From NCBI GenBank assembly GCA_910588295.1, contig CAJUQO010000009.1, forward strand, positions 8,261-72,260: a stretch of DNA of 64,000 nt, written 5' to 3'. Positions 29,601 through 40,657 of this stretch are shown here, piece after piece; positions within the stretch are counted from its first letter, which is position 1, and every line of letters begins with the position of its first letter. Position numbers and translations under genes: made by a program. Source of the stretch: an uncultured Lachnospiraceae bacterium. GTDB lineage: Bacteria > Bacillota > Clostridia > Lachnospirales > Lachnospiraceae. Below the pieces are notes generated by a model that saw only the letters and a program-made list of their open reading frames with translations, had not been told where the DNA came from and ran no database searches.

Positions 29601-32172
29601 CTGTGTCAGTGGCGCGGACAACCGTTATATCTACGGACTGACGCTGCCGCCGATTTGCGTAGACGCCAACTACGATTTTACTTACAGATGCACGGATCTG
29701 GCGGGCAATGAGCTGGAAGCCGTACTGACACATACCTTCACGCTGGACCGCGCCAAACCCACGGGCGCTGTGACGGCTGAAGAACTCGTAAACGGCGCCC
29801 GGATCATGACATGGGAAAAGCTGCTTCATGTCATGACTTTTGGATTTTTCGGCAAAAACCGCGTCAGGGTTTCCCTGGCAGCCGCGGATGAGACCGCCGG
29901 CGTGGCTTCTGTCTGGTACCTGGCGTCCGAAACCTTCCTGAGCAAACGTGACCTGGAGAAAAGAACGGACTGGCTGAAATATAAAAACAAGAAGACTTTC
30001 AGATCGGACAGGTATCTGGTCGTGTATGGAAAGATTATTGACAAAGCCGGTAATATCAGGTACATCAGCACGGATGGCATTATTGTGGATGATAGGGCGC
30101 CGGAACCGGCGATAGTGATTACGCCGACAAAGCCGGACTGGGGTAAAGGGATATACAGTGCGGCAGATCATCCCGGATTTGAGGTGTCCGTTACGGATCC
30201 GCCGGTTAAAGGGGTATATGCGGGACTGAAAAAAATCACATACAAGATTGTCAACAAAACGAATGGATATACGGAGACAGGCACTCTTGCGGAACTGAAA
30301 AAAGCGGCGCACAGACAGACATGGACGGGTCATGTCAGGATCAATCCGTCCGGATTCTATTCTAATGACGTCCGTATCATGGTATCAGCCGAGGACTGGT
30401 CAGGCAACGACGCCGTATCTAAAGAAATCAGCGTGAGGATGGACAATAAGGCTCCGGTGGTCAGGTTTTCTTTCGACGAAAGTGATGCACAGAACGGCAG
30501 TTATTACCGGACTGATAAGAAACTGACAATCACGGTGGAGGAGAGAAACTTTGACGCGTCTTACGCTCCGGAAGTGACATCTTCGGCGGGAGGCGGCTAC
30601 AGGATCGGCCCATGGATGCACCGGGGGGAGAGCCATACGGCGGTTCTGGCCTTCACGGAAGACGGTGATTATACTGTGAGCTATCGATGTTATGACCTGG
30701 CGGGCAACAGATCTAATACAGAAGTGCTTCGGACATTTACCGTGGATAAAACGGCGCCGGCTTTTCAGGTGGCCTATGATAATCATGATGTTCAGAATGA
30801 CAGCTACTACAGGGCCGCGAGAACGGCCACGATTACAGTCACGGAACATAATTTTGACCCGGCAAAGATTGTGGTGAAGACGACGGCTTCATCGGGCGGC
30901 GTACCAGAGATCAGCGGCTGGTCCGGTTCCGGCGATATCCATACGGCAAAGATCAGCTTTTCCCATGATGCCGGCTATACGTTCAGCGTCAGCGGTACGG
31001 ATCTGGCGGGCAACCGGTCGGCCGGAATCTTGCCGGAAAAATTTACGGTTGACCTGACGGCGCCGGAGATTACATTTGAGGGCATAAAAGATCGATCGGC
31101 TAACAATGGAGTCGTGGCGCCCGTGATTAGGATTCGGGATGCCAATTTTCTGGCCGATAGTACGGAAGTAACGCTGACAGGTGCGGGCCGCAAAGAACAG
31201 AACGTGGATAAGATGGCAACGGTCAGCCCGGATGCCTTCGGTATGGAAGTTCGATTTAAGAATTTTGCGGGGGGTATGGACGATATTTATACACTGAATT
31301 GTAAGTCTGTGGATAAAGCGGGCAACGAGAGTGTGGCGGCCATCCGTTTTTCCGTAAACCGTGAGGGGTCTGCCTACGAGTTGGATAAAACCACACAGAC
31401 GTTGCTGGATCGGGGATATGCCAGCCGGCCGCAGGATATCATTGTTACGGAAATCAACGTGAACGAGTTAAAATTCATTGAACTTAGCTGCAGCCGGGAC
31501 GGCGGAATCACCGTTCTGAGAGAGGGCACAGATTATACCGTGGAAAAGAGTGGTCGGGAAGAACAGTGGAAAAGGTATATTTACCGGATCCGCAGGGCAT
31601 GTTTTGAGGCGGAGGGGACATATGCCGTCAATATGTACTCCGAGGATGCGGCCCATAACAGGGCCTCCAATAAGTCTAAGGCAAAGACACTGGAATTTAC
31701 GATAGATAAGACCGCTCCCACTATGGCCGTGGCCAATCTGGAGGACGGCGGCCGTTATAAAGAGGAGAGCCATTTCTTCACGCTACATGTAAAGGATAAT
31801 TTCTTTTTGGATTATGTGGAGGTCTGGCTGGACGGTGAGCTGATGCACACTTACAGAGGCGATGAACTAACGGCGGCGGAGGGAGAGATCCGTCTGGCTG
31901 TCGGCAGCCGCCGCCGTTATCAGACGATTTCGCTGGTATCCGTTGATAAGGCGGGCAATGTCGGCAGAAAGGCCTATGACCCGGTGACCCACGGACAAAC
32001 AGACGCGTCCTACAGAGTACTGGTTACTGCCGACGGTTTCGTACAATTTGTAAATAATGTGCCGTTACTGACAGGGATAGCGCTGTCTGCCGCCGCCGTG
32101 ATCCTGTTGGTTGTGCTGGCCGGAAAACGGAGGCGCAACAAGAAATGGAAAGAGAGAAAAATTTCCCCTTGA
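26626..32172 (+). CDS. giant cell-surface protein with about 11 Ig/HYR-like repeat modules and a C-terminal membrane anchor
   Basis: 1848 aa. Signal peptide (KRIPAFLLAMALAFFACLPLNLYSMMAAES). Recurring D-x-(A/S/V)-G-N motif (VTDRVGN, AGDHAGN, AVDAAGN, CTDLAGN, IIDKAGN, AEDWSGN, CYDLAGN, GTDLAGN, SVDKAGN x2, variant SEDAAHN), usually followed by (I/V/L/M)D-x-x-x-P. C-terminal TM plus a basic tail (IALSAAAVILLVVLAGKRRRNKKWKERK). No LPXTG motif. Confidence 0.85.
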   Translation: MKKEKKLGIKRIPAFLLAMALAFFACLPLNLYSMMAAESGAEDIRIKAELSEDAGSSGEESNNETEKDEASDGERKNGKVIFSGAYTEQAPLTLVYGTVGAAEVFSLRCEDERLPDEVLPDVSVLVGDKSVLGVAVDPENRTVTFTPRKVSGEPTRVELSMETEHYSFKGAIYIKVLPLPLAIDTGSITVSAPGKGSYTNSKIYDADDSVDVRATLKTSGEFSVTAQTEQEVKQYFTDVVFYNYASGLVNVQGENGTQSFCFAPGDLSLCTDIADVSVRNSYTVIADEKAADIPLIIKKRILSLAVADSERPFRSLAYTKPLRTLVDVEAGGEDTGFVGKDCAEMEGFSFPMVIDTTAKGLTEKNVRTEDTAVYGAHGEGLILDTATGNATGNYAFDLRNYTRGTLAISEEIDAEDYVTIDRTSSVRVCEIARDGRQVCCFGRDARIRFALGGGYNKIYLADGTDVTGTGIAGPVPAADISGGVNELSFYLTREEPVAAGTVRAKTKPFRLYFVYDQDAPDCTKMVFGVKNRVISDLASVITFGIYDNKQMVADVSFDDAVAGVNSWSYFIAATDRDGTYEELLENAVFQAGTADGRIPVGTLAGGQPPGEGNNYVVFVKVTDRVGNSGIYGSNGIVLENFRDISVSYRERAAGEAESAGTWNGITYYSGDAVLTLKAEENAGESGYYSGLKNMAYVVTRHSGDGKIVTDREKTIVTKNTEDHAVLPAFPGEVTLAGLREYCVITKTLEFANNPQKSQIITVSAEAGDHAGNIMGKPSRHTIVLDSICPEVTSSCTQANHHGAFLNGSYANSGVTYTVTVRERFLQKLKVHINDMSCTLAELEAKKDSLGISSVTKDAEADISQSTDETVYHFSITFTADGEYTLQTTAVDAAGNSGHDSPFYFVIDTVRPKLELTYTAVHTDGTRMVLDLSKDRVFAGGDVSHVTVSAVVTERNFAPGEAELIVRATDSRGREVRVADYDAAIRSGWINKGCVSGADNRYIYGLTLPPICVDANYDFTYRCTDLAGNELEAVLTHTFTLDRAKPTGAVTAEELVNGARIMTWEKLLHVMTFGFFGKNRVRVSLAAADETAGVASVWYLASETFLSKRDLEKRTDWLKYKNKKTFRSDRYLVVYGKIIDKAGNIRYISTDGIIVDDRAPEPAIVITPTKPDWGKGIYSAADHPGFEVSVTDPPVKGVYAGLKKITYKIVNKTNGYTETGTLAELKKAAHRQTWTGHVRINPSGFYSNDVRIMVSAEDWSGNDAVSKEISVRMDNKAPVVRFSFDESDAQNGSYYRTDKKLTITVEERNFDASYAPEVTSSAGGGYRIGPWMHRGESHTAVLAFTEDGDYTVSYRCYDLAGNRSNTEVLRTFTVDKTAPAFQVAYDNHDVQNDSYYRAARTATITVTEHNFDPAKIVVKTTASSGGVPEISGWSGSGDIHTAKISFSHDAGYTFSVSGTDLAGNRSAGILPEKFTVDLTAPEITFEGIKDRSANNGVVAPVIRIRDANFLADSTEVTLTGAGRKEQNVDKMATVSPDAFGMEVRFKNFAGGMDDIYTLNCKSVDKAGNESVAAIRFSVNREGSAYELDKTTQTLLDRGYASRPQDIIVTEINVNELKFIELSCSRDGGITVLREGTDYTVEKSGREEQWKRYIYRIRRACFEAEGTYAVNMYSEDAAHNRASNKSKAKTLEFTIDKTAPTMAVANLEDGGRYKEESHFFTLHVKDNFFLDYVEVWLDGELMHTYRGDELTAAEGEIRLAVGSRRRYQTISLVSVDKAGNVGRKAYDPVTHGQTDASYRVLVTADGFVQFVNNVPLLTGIALSAAAVILLVVLAGKRRRNKKWKERKISP

Positions 32173-32197
32173 CAGCCATACAAACTGAACGTATAAT
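32169..32197 (+). promoter_or_regulatory. putative str-operon (rpsL) promoter
   Basis: TTGACA (32169-32174, overlapping the TGA stop of the giant gene), 17 nt, TATAAT (32192-32197). Confidence 0.6.
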
Positions 32198-32290
32198 AAC
32201 CCATGCGTGCACAAAACAGGCAGTTATTTTTGTGTGCGTTTGACGAAGAAAAATAGCAACCGCAGAGAACTTTTACAGGAGGTGAAAGGA

Positions 32291-32707
32291 ATGCCCACAT
32301 TTAATCAGTTAGTAAGAAAGGGACGCCAGACATCAGTAAAGAAGTCCAACGCTCCGGCTCTTCAGAAAAGCTTCAACTCTCTGAGGAAAAAAACTACGGA
32401 TATGTCCTCTCCCCAGAAGAGGGGCGTATGCACGGCAGTTAAGACGGCAACTCCTAAAAAGCCGAATTCAGCGCTCAGAAAGATCGCCAGGGTTCGTCTT
32501 TCTAACGGAATCGAGGTTACATCCTACATTCCGGGTGAGGGCCACAATCTGCAGGAGCACAGTGTTGTGCTGATCCGCGGCGGCCGTGTTAAAGATTTAC
32601 CTGGTACGAGATACCACATTATCAGAGGTACTCTGGATACGGCAGGTGTTGCAAACCGGAAACAGGCCCGTTCCAAATACGGCGCCAAGAGGCCCAAAAA
32701 GAAATAA
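32291..32707 (+). CDS. rpsL: 30S ribosomal protein S12
   Basis: [13 protein letters not shown]...[63 protein letters not shown]. Start trimmed to ATG 32291. Confidence 0.95.
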   Translation: MPTFNQLVRKGRQTSVKKSNAPALQKSFNSLRKKTTDMSSPQKRGVCTAVKTATPKKPNSALRKIARVRLSNGIEVTSYIPGEGHNLQEHSVVLIRGGRVKDLPGTRYHIIRGTLDTAGVANRKQARSKYGAKRPKKK

Positions 32708-33004
32708 TTTTAGGAAATCGGATTTCCGAACGTAACAAGTATCACAGAGAGTATCACAGAAAATTGTTTTGTACGGTATTCCATATACCCTGTCGGTTGC
32801 GGGTCATATAGAGGATTTTACTCGTGCGAACACAAGACGGCGGGAGGTAAACTGCATACGCCCGTCATGTGAGTACCGATGAGATAATCATTTGTAACTA
32901 TTCAGGACAGGTCGAAGCGCGAGGCTGATTTTAGATAGCTTTTTGCATCGTAACTGTGAAGATACGGAATGGTTATAATCATTTTGATTAAGGAGGGAAG
33001 TAAC

Positions 33005-33475
33005 GTGCCACGTAAAGGACATACACCAAAAAGAGATGTTTTAGCAGATCCGATGTACAACAGCAAAGTGGTCACCAAGCTTATCAACAACATCATGTTG
33101 GACGGTAAGAAGGGTATTGCCCAGAAGATTGTGTACGGCGCGTTTGCTAAAATGGAAGCAAAGTCCGGGAAGCCGGCTTTGGATGTATTTGAAGAAGCTA
33201 TGAATAATATCATGCCGGTGCTGGAAGTAAAGGCCAGACGTATCGGCGGCGCTACCTATCAGGTTCCGATCGAGGTAAGGCCCGACAGGCGTCAGGCCCT
33301 GGCCCTACGCTGGATCACCATGTTCTCCCGCAAGAGAGGCGAGAAAACCATGGAAGACAGGCTGGCGAATGAACTTCTGGATGCCATGAATAATACGGGA
33401 GCTTCTGTAAAGCGTAAAGAAGACATGCATAAGATGGCAGAGGCCAACAAGGCATTTGCTCATTACAGATTCTAG
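33005..33475 (+). CDS. rpsG: 30S ribosomal protein S7
   Basis: [45 protein letters not shown].. GTG 33005 lies 7 nt after AAGGAGGG. Confidence 0.95.
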   Translation: MPRKGHTPKRDVLADPMYNSKVVTKLINNIMLDGKKGIAQKIVYGAFAKMEAKSGKPALDVFEEAMNNIMPVLEVKARRIGGATYQVPIEVRPDRRQALALRWITMFSRKRGEKTMEDRLANELLDAMNNTGASVKRKEDMHKMAEANKAFAHYRF

Positions 33476-33489
33476 AGGAGGAAATCTCA

Positions 33490-35607
<2,118 letters not shown>

Positions 35608-35638
35608 GGAAATAAAGCAATTACACTGATTTTTGTGC

Positions 35639-35667
35639 TTGCAAATATCCTTGGTTTACCATATAAT
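35639..35667 (+). promoter_or_regulatory. putative internal promoter for tuf
   Basis: TTGCAA (35639-35644), 17 nt, TATAAT (35662-35667) in the fusA-tuf spacer. Confidence 0.55.
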
Positions 35668-35749
35668 CTAGGATAGCAGCCACAGGACTGAAAAGTAATC
35701 AATAGTGAATAGCCCGGGAGGGGCAAAGATTTTAAGGAGGACTTTAGAA

Positions 35750-36937
<1,188 letters not shown>

Positions 36938-36961
36938 TGATAATTTATTCAGTAAAATCAG

Positions 36962-36992
36962 GGCTTTCGGGGATTTCTCCGAAAGCCTTTTT
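36962..36992 (+). terminator. rho-independent terminator after tuf
   Basis: GGCTTTCGG-ggatttct-CCGAAAGCC followed by T5. Confidence 0.8.
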
Positions 36993-37236
36993 ACGTGAAA
37001 CAATTCAAAATACTCTGTGATGCTAATATGGTTCTAAAAAATTTGTTCATCAGTAAAATGCATTCAAAATATCTTCTAAGAGCTCTCTACGGGAATATTA
37101 AATGAGTTCATCAAACTATCTATCCATATGTTGTATTCATCACTATCAATTTTTTCACTTTCCAGTTCTTTATTCAATTCATACCAACGAGATACAAGAG
37201 ATGCAATCTGCGGACTTTCTATGTTGTGTTAAAATT

Positions 37237-37740
37237 CATATTTTAGGAGGATTGGCAGGGGAACAAGAAGAAAAAGCAGAAACGTGGGTTTAAAACAAAA
37301 AAAGAAGCATTGGAGTGGTAAAATAATTTCAAACCGTCTGCCAATGCCAATATAGATATGACGATGGGCGCATTTGTGGAGATTTATTTTCCTGACAAAA
37401 AGGGTGAGCTGAAAGAGCGTTCTATCAAGGATAAAAGATATGTGATAGAAGCGCATATATTGCCACATTTTCAAAATAAGAAAATGAATGAAATAACGCC
37501 ATCAAATATTATTCAGTGGCAGAATTTTATGGTGGAGAAAGGCTATGCATCGACTTATCTCCGCATGGTGCAAAATCAGATTACAGCATTATTTCCCATG
37601 CGAGCAGCGTCTATAATCTGTCAAATAGTCCATGTAAGAGAGTGAAAAAGATGGGAAAGACGGATGCGGATAAGCTGGATCTTTGAACGAAAGAAGAATA
37701 TGACCAATTTATCAGTACGGTTGAGGTTGGAAATCTCCGA
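37237..37740 (+). pseudogene. tyrosine recombinase (phage-type integrase) remnant
   Basis: Reads ..GNKKKKQKRGFKTKKEALEW*NNFK..DMTMGAFVEIYFPDKKGELKERSIKDKRYVIEAHILPHFQNKKMNEITPSNIIQWQNFMVEKGYASTYLRMVQNQITALF. After a frameshift it continues ..YNLSNSPCKRVKKMGKTDADKLD(stop)TKEEYDQFISTVE. This is arm-binding plus SAM-like N-terminal domains only. The N-terminus and the whole catalytic domain are missing, with an in-frame stop and a frameshift. Confidence 0.65.
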
Positions 37741-38158
37741 TCTGCGTATCCCAGATGGCTTCTTCGATAATTTTAATACATTCATCCGTACGTCTGACAA
37801 TATCCTGCCCCCAGAAATGGATAACCGTCCAGCCAAGGAACAGGAGCTTTTTGTCTGTTTCCACGTCACGGTTCCGGTTCCGTTCGATTTTCTTAATCCA
37901 ATAGTCCGGATTTTTCCCTTTTTCTAAACGCAGCTTCAGAATCTCCCAGTCTTTACCGTGAAAAAATTCACTGTCACAGAAAATGGCAATTTTGTATTTT
38001 GTCAATACGATATCCGGTGATCCGGGAAGGAGTTTATAATTTTTTCGGTAACGATAGCCCCTATGCCACAGGGCTTTGCGAAGCCGTATCTCTATGGAGG
38101 TGTCAGAGCCGTGGATTTTGCTCATGTTTTTTGATATGATTTTCTGGCTACGGGCCAT
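37712..38158 (-). CDS. vsr: very-short-patch repair endonuclease
   Basis: 148 aa. ..NMSKI.G.DT..E..LRK.LW..G.RYR.N...LPG.PDIVL.KYK.AIF.D..F.HG..W.. is the Vsr pattern. It sits beside an m5C methyltransferase. Its last roughly 12 codons may derive from the integrase remnant it abuts. Confidence 0.9.
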   Translation of the reverse strand: MARSQKIISKNMSKIHGSDTSIEIRLRKALWHRGYRYRKNYKLLPGSPDIVLTKYKIAIFCDSEFFHGKDWEILKLRLEKGKNPDYWIKKIERNRNRDVETDKKLLFLGWTVIHFWGQDIVRRTDECIKIIEEAIWDTQIGDFQPQPY

Positions 38159-38269
38159 AATGGTTTCCTCTTTAGATTCTTAAGAATACCCATATTTTAG
38201 CAGGAAAAATCAAAAGTGTAAATATTTTACCGCGGGCGTCCCTCCTTTTTCAGGACGGTAAGTATTTAA

Positions 38270-38298
38270 TTGACGGTATAAATGAATTGTTTTATACT
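38270..38298 (+). promoter_or_regulatory. putative promoter of the MTase-REase operon
   Basis: TTGACG (38270-38275), 17 nt, TATACT (38293-38298). Confidence 0.5.
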
Positions 38299-38347
38299 GG
38301 ACAAGTACAAATGGGGGTAAATTTGTACTGGAAAATGGAGAGTAAAT

Positions 38348-39556
38348 TTGGTGGGCGCTTTAGAATATAAACAATACAGCAAATATTGTGAAAACAGGGA
38401 TGTAATTTCTCTGTTTTCAGGTGCTATGGGGCTGGATCTTGGGCTGATCAAAGCGGGACTCCGTGTCGTGATCGGACAGGACTTTGATGCTTTCTGTGTA
38501 AAGACAATGCAGGCGAACGGCTATGAAGTGCTGGAGGGAGATATCAGAGCGATCGGGCCGCAGCAGGTATTGGATTATGTGGGACTGCATGTAGGTGAAC
38601 CTTTTATGATCTGTGGGGGACCGCCCTGCCAGCCCTTTTCGACGGCGGGAAAGAGACTGGGGATTAACGATCCAAGAGGCAGCCTGTTTATGGATTTTAT
38701 CCGAATGATCGATTATATTCGGCCCAGATTTTTTGTGATGGAGAACGTAAAGGGAATCATGTCTGCACCGTTGAAACATGTGCCTTTGACGGAAAGGGAT
38801 GAGAAAGATCCCGAGCAGCACCTGGGGACGGTTCTGGATGTGATCTTGTCAGAGTTTGACAAGTTAGGGTATAAGACTGTTTATGGCGTACTGGATGCTG
38901 TCAATTATGGTGTGCCGCAATTTAGAGAACGATTTGTATTGGTTGGAAGCAGAGACAAGGAAGAAATTTTTCTACCGATACCAACACATTTTTCCATGCA
39001 TCAGAATCAGGAATATCAGTGGCAGACCGTACGGAGTGCAATAAAAAGCTTGGAATTTGACAATGGAGAATGTGCCGCGTTTAGCGAGGATCGCTTAAAA
39101 TTTCTTAAAATGGTTCCGGAGGGCGGGAACTGGAGGGATTTACCACAGGAAATCGTTCCAATGGCTATGGGCGGTGCTTATACGTCTGGGGGCGGTAAGG
39201 TGGGGTTTTACAGAAGGCTTTCTTATGACCAGCCTTCGCCGACCGTGGTGACGTCTCCGGTGCAGAAAGCCACGATGATGTGCCATCCTACCCAGGACAG
39301 ACCCTTGAGTGTGAAAGAATATGCCAGGATCCAGCAATTTCCGGATGAATGGGTGTTTACTGGGACGACCGCGGCGAAGTACAGGCAGATCGGTAATGCG
39401 GTTCCGGTCGGAATGGCGGAAGCCATAGGAAAAGCAGTCATAGCTACTGCCAATAAGTCAGCAGTGGTTGCGACAAAAAGATTCAGAGGAACCAATGTAC
39501 ATAACCGAATTAAAAATGCGATAGAGCTAGGGGGGAACAGGCTTGGCGTTAAATAA
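38348..39556 (+). CDS. DNA (cytosine-5)-methyltransferase
   Basis: Motif I FSGAMGLDLG, IV GGPPCQPFS, VI ENVKG, VIII QFRERF, X GNAVPV. The start is TTG 38348 or GTG 38351 (RBS GGAGAG 38337-38342). Confidence 0.9.
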   Translation: MVGALEYKQYSKYCENRDVISLFSGAMGLDLGLIKAGLRVVIGQDFDAFCVKTMQANGYEVLEGDIRAIGPQQVLDYVGLHVGEPFMICGGPPCQPFSTAGKRLGINDPRGSLFMDFIRMIDYIRPRFFVMENVKGIMSAPLKHVPLTERDEKDPEQHLGTVLDVILSEFDKLGYKTVYGVLDAVNYGVPQFRERFVLVGSRDKEEIFLPIPTHFSMHQNQEYQWQTVRSAIKSLEFDNGECAAFSEDRLKFLKMVPEGGNWRDLPQEIVPMAMGGAYTSGGGKVGFYRRLSYDQPSPTVVTSPVQKATMMCHPTQDRPLSVKEYARIQQFPDEWVFTGTTAAKYRQIGNAVPVGMAEAIGKAVIATANKSAVVATKRFRGTNVHNRIKNAIELGGNRLGVK

Positions 39557-40286
39557 TTCCTATGATGAACAGGCAGTTATTCGGGCAATAGCGTCTGCGT
39601 TGGACACGTTTTATGAAATATTAATCGAGAAGATTGATGGACTGAACATACAGAAGATCATGAAGCGGAAAAATCCATATCTGTATCGGGCAAAGGCCAT
39701 GGAGAGCGCGGCGGAGATAGTGGAATCTGTGTTGACAGCTTTTGTCAGCTCCAGTGAGGAAACGATATTTGGGAATTGTTTTTTTGAACCGATTGCCCTT
39801 GCGGCAAGTGGCGGAAATAAGGCTTTGGCAGAAGGTATTGACATTATGATTCATAATAAAGAGTCAAATACCATTTCCGCTATTGCGGTTAAGAGCGGGC
39901 CATCCGTATTTAACGCCGATAGTAAAAAGCGGCAAGAGCAGAATTTTATGGCAGCTTCTAAACTGGCTCAACAGGTGAAAGCAAGATATGAAGCATATAT
40001 CGGTTACTGTTATGGAAAAAAGAAAGAGACGGGGCGGGGAAGACCCAAAATGTATCAGGAACTCGCCGGAAAGAGGTTTTGGGCGGAGCTGACAGGCGAT
40101 GATGAGTTTTACGTAAAGATCATCGGGTACATGGGTACGATGCCGGAACAGTATGTGGCAGGCTATAAGGAAAGCTATCATAAGGCGGCTAACCGGCTGG
40201 TGAGGGAATTTTCCAATAGCTTTTGCAGGGAAGACGGGAGTATTGACTGGGAAAAACTGGTGGAGTTCAATTCGGGAGATTCGTGA
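39543..40286 (+). CDS. putative type II restriction endonuclease (family not assigned)
   Basis: 247 aa. It overlaps the MTase stop by 14 nt (TTG start, uncertain), has no TM and has an islet-like AT-rich composition. A possible nuclease core is GID(100)-x14-AVK(117), but this is weak. The call rests mainly on context. Confidence 0.5.
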   Translation: MALNNSYDEQAVIRAIASALDTFYEILIEKIDGLNIQKIMKRKNPYLYRAKAMESAAEIVESVLTAFVSSSEETIFGNCFFEPIALAASGGNKALAEGIDIMIHNKESNTISAIAVKSGPSVFNADSKKRQEQNFMAASKLAQQVKARYEAYIGYCYGKKKETGRGRPKMYQELAGKRFWAELTGDDEFYVKIIGYMGTMPEQYVAGYKESYHKAANRLVREFSNSFCREDGSIDWEKLVEFNSGDS

Positions 40287-40393
40287 TAAGTGAAATTTTG
40301 CCTGAGGTAATAGAAGGGAGTATTATTATGGTAGCTAATAGAAGTAAAATGTGATATTAGTCAGTATTGATTGATACCAGATAAGGATAGATT

Positions 40394-40657
40394 TTAGATT
40401 GCCAAAAGTATATTGAAAAAGGTTTTTGCATATGCTATAATGCCGATAGGCAAAAAGATATGACAGTTCCATGTGAACGAAGAATGAATCCCCAAACCGT
40501 AGTAGCGTACAGTCTGGGGATTCTTCTTTTCTTTTATAGTGGCAAAGCGCCCACTAGGCAATTTGTTGTCCTTTCGGTCACTGTCAAGCCATTTGATGAT
40601 GTAGTGGCAGGCTACACCAGCCGCAACAGCGACTATAAAAGATATGACAAACTCCAT
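40394..40657 (-). CDS. small membrane protein, type I toxin-like N-terminus
   Basis: The ATG (complement of 40655-40657) lies 5 nt after GGGAGGAGGTG. MEFVISFIVAVAAGVACHYIIKWLDSDRKDNK.. is one hydrophobic helix followed by a charged segment. The ORF stays open for 87 aa. The longer track start (40699) lacks an RBS. Confidence 0.4.
   Translation of the reverse strand: MEFVISFIVAVAAGVACHYIIKWLDSDRKDNKLPSGRFATIKEKKNPQTVRYYGLGIHSSFTWNCHIFLPIGIIAYAKTFFNILLAI

Noticed and set aside
37040-37200. Minus-strand reading ..NIESPQIASLVSRWYELNKELESEKIDSDEYNIWIDSLMNSFNIPVESS(stop)
   Set aside because: It looks protein-like but has a stop immediately upstream and no start codon. I treat it as a C-terminal gene fragment within the degraded element, not a gene.
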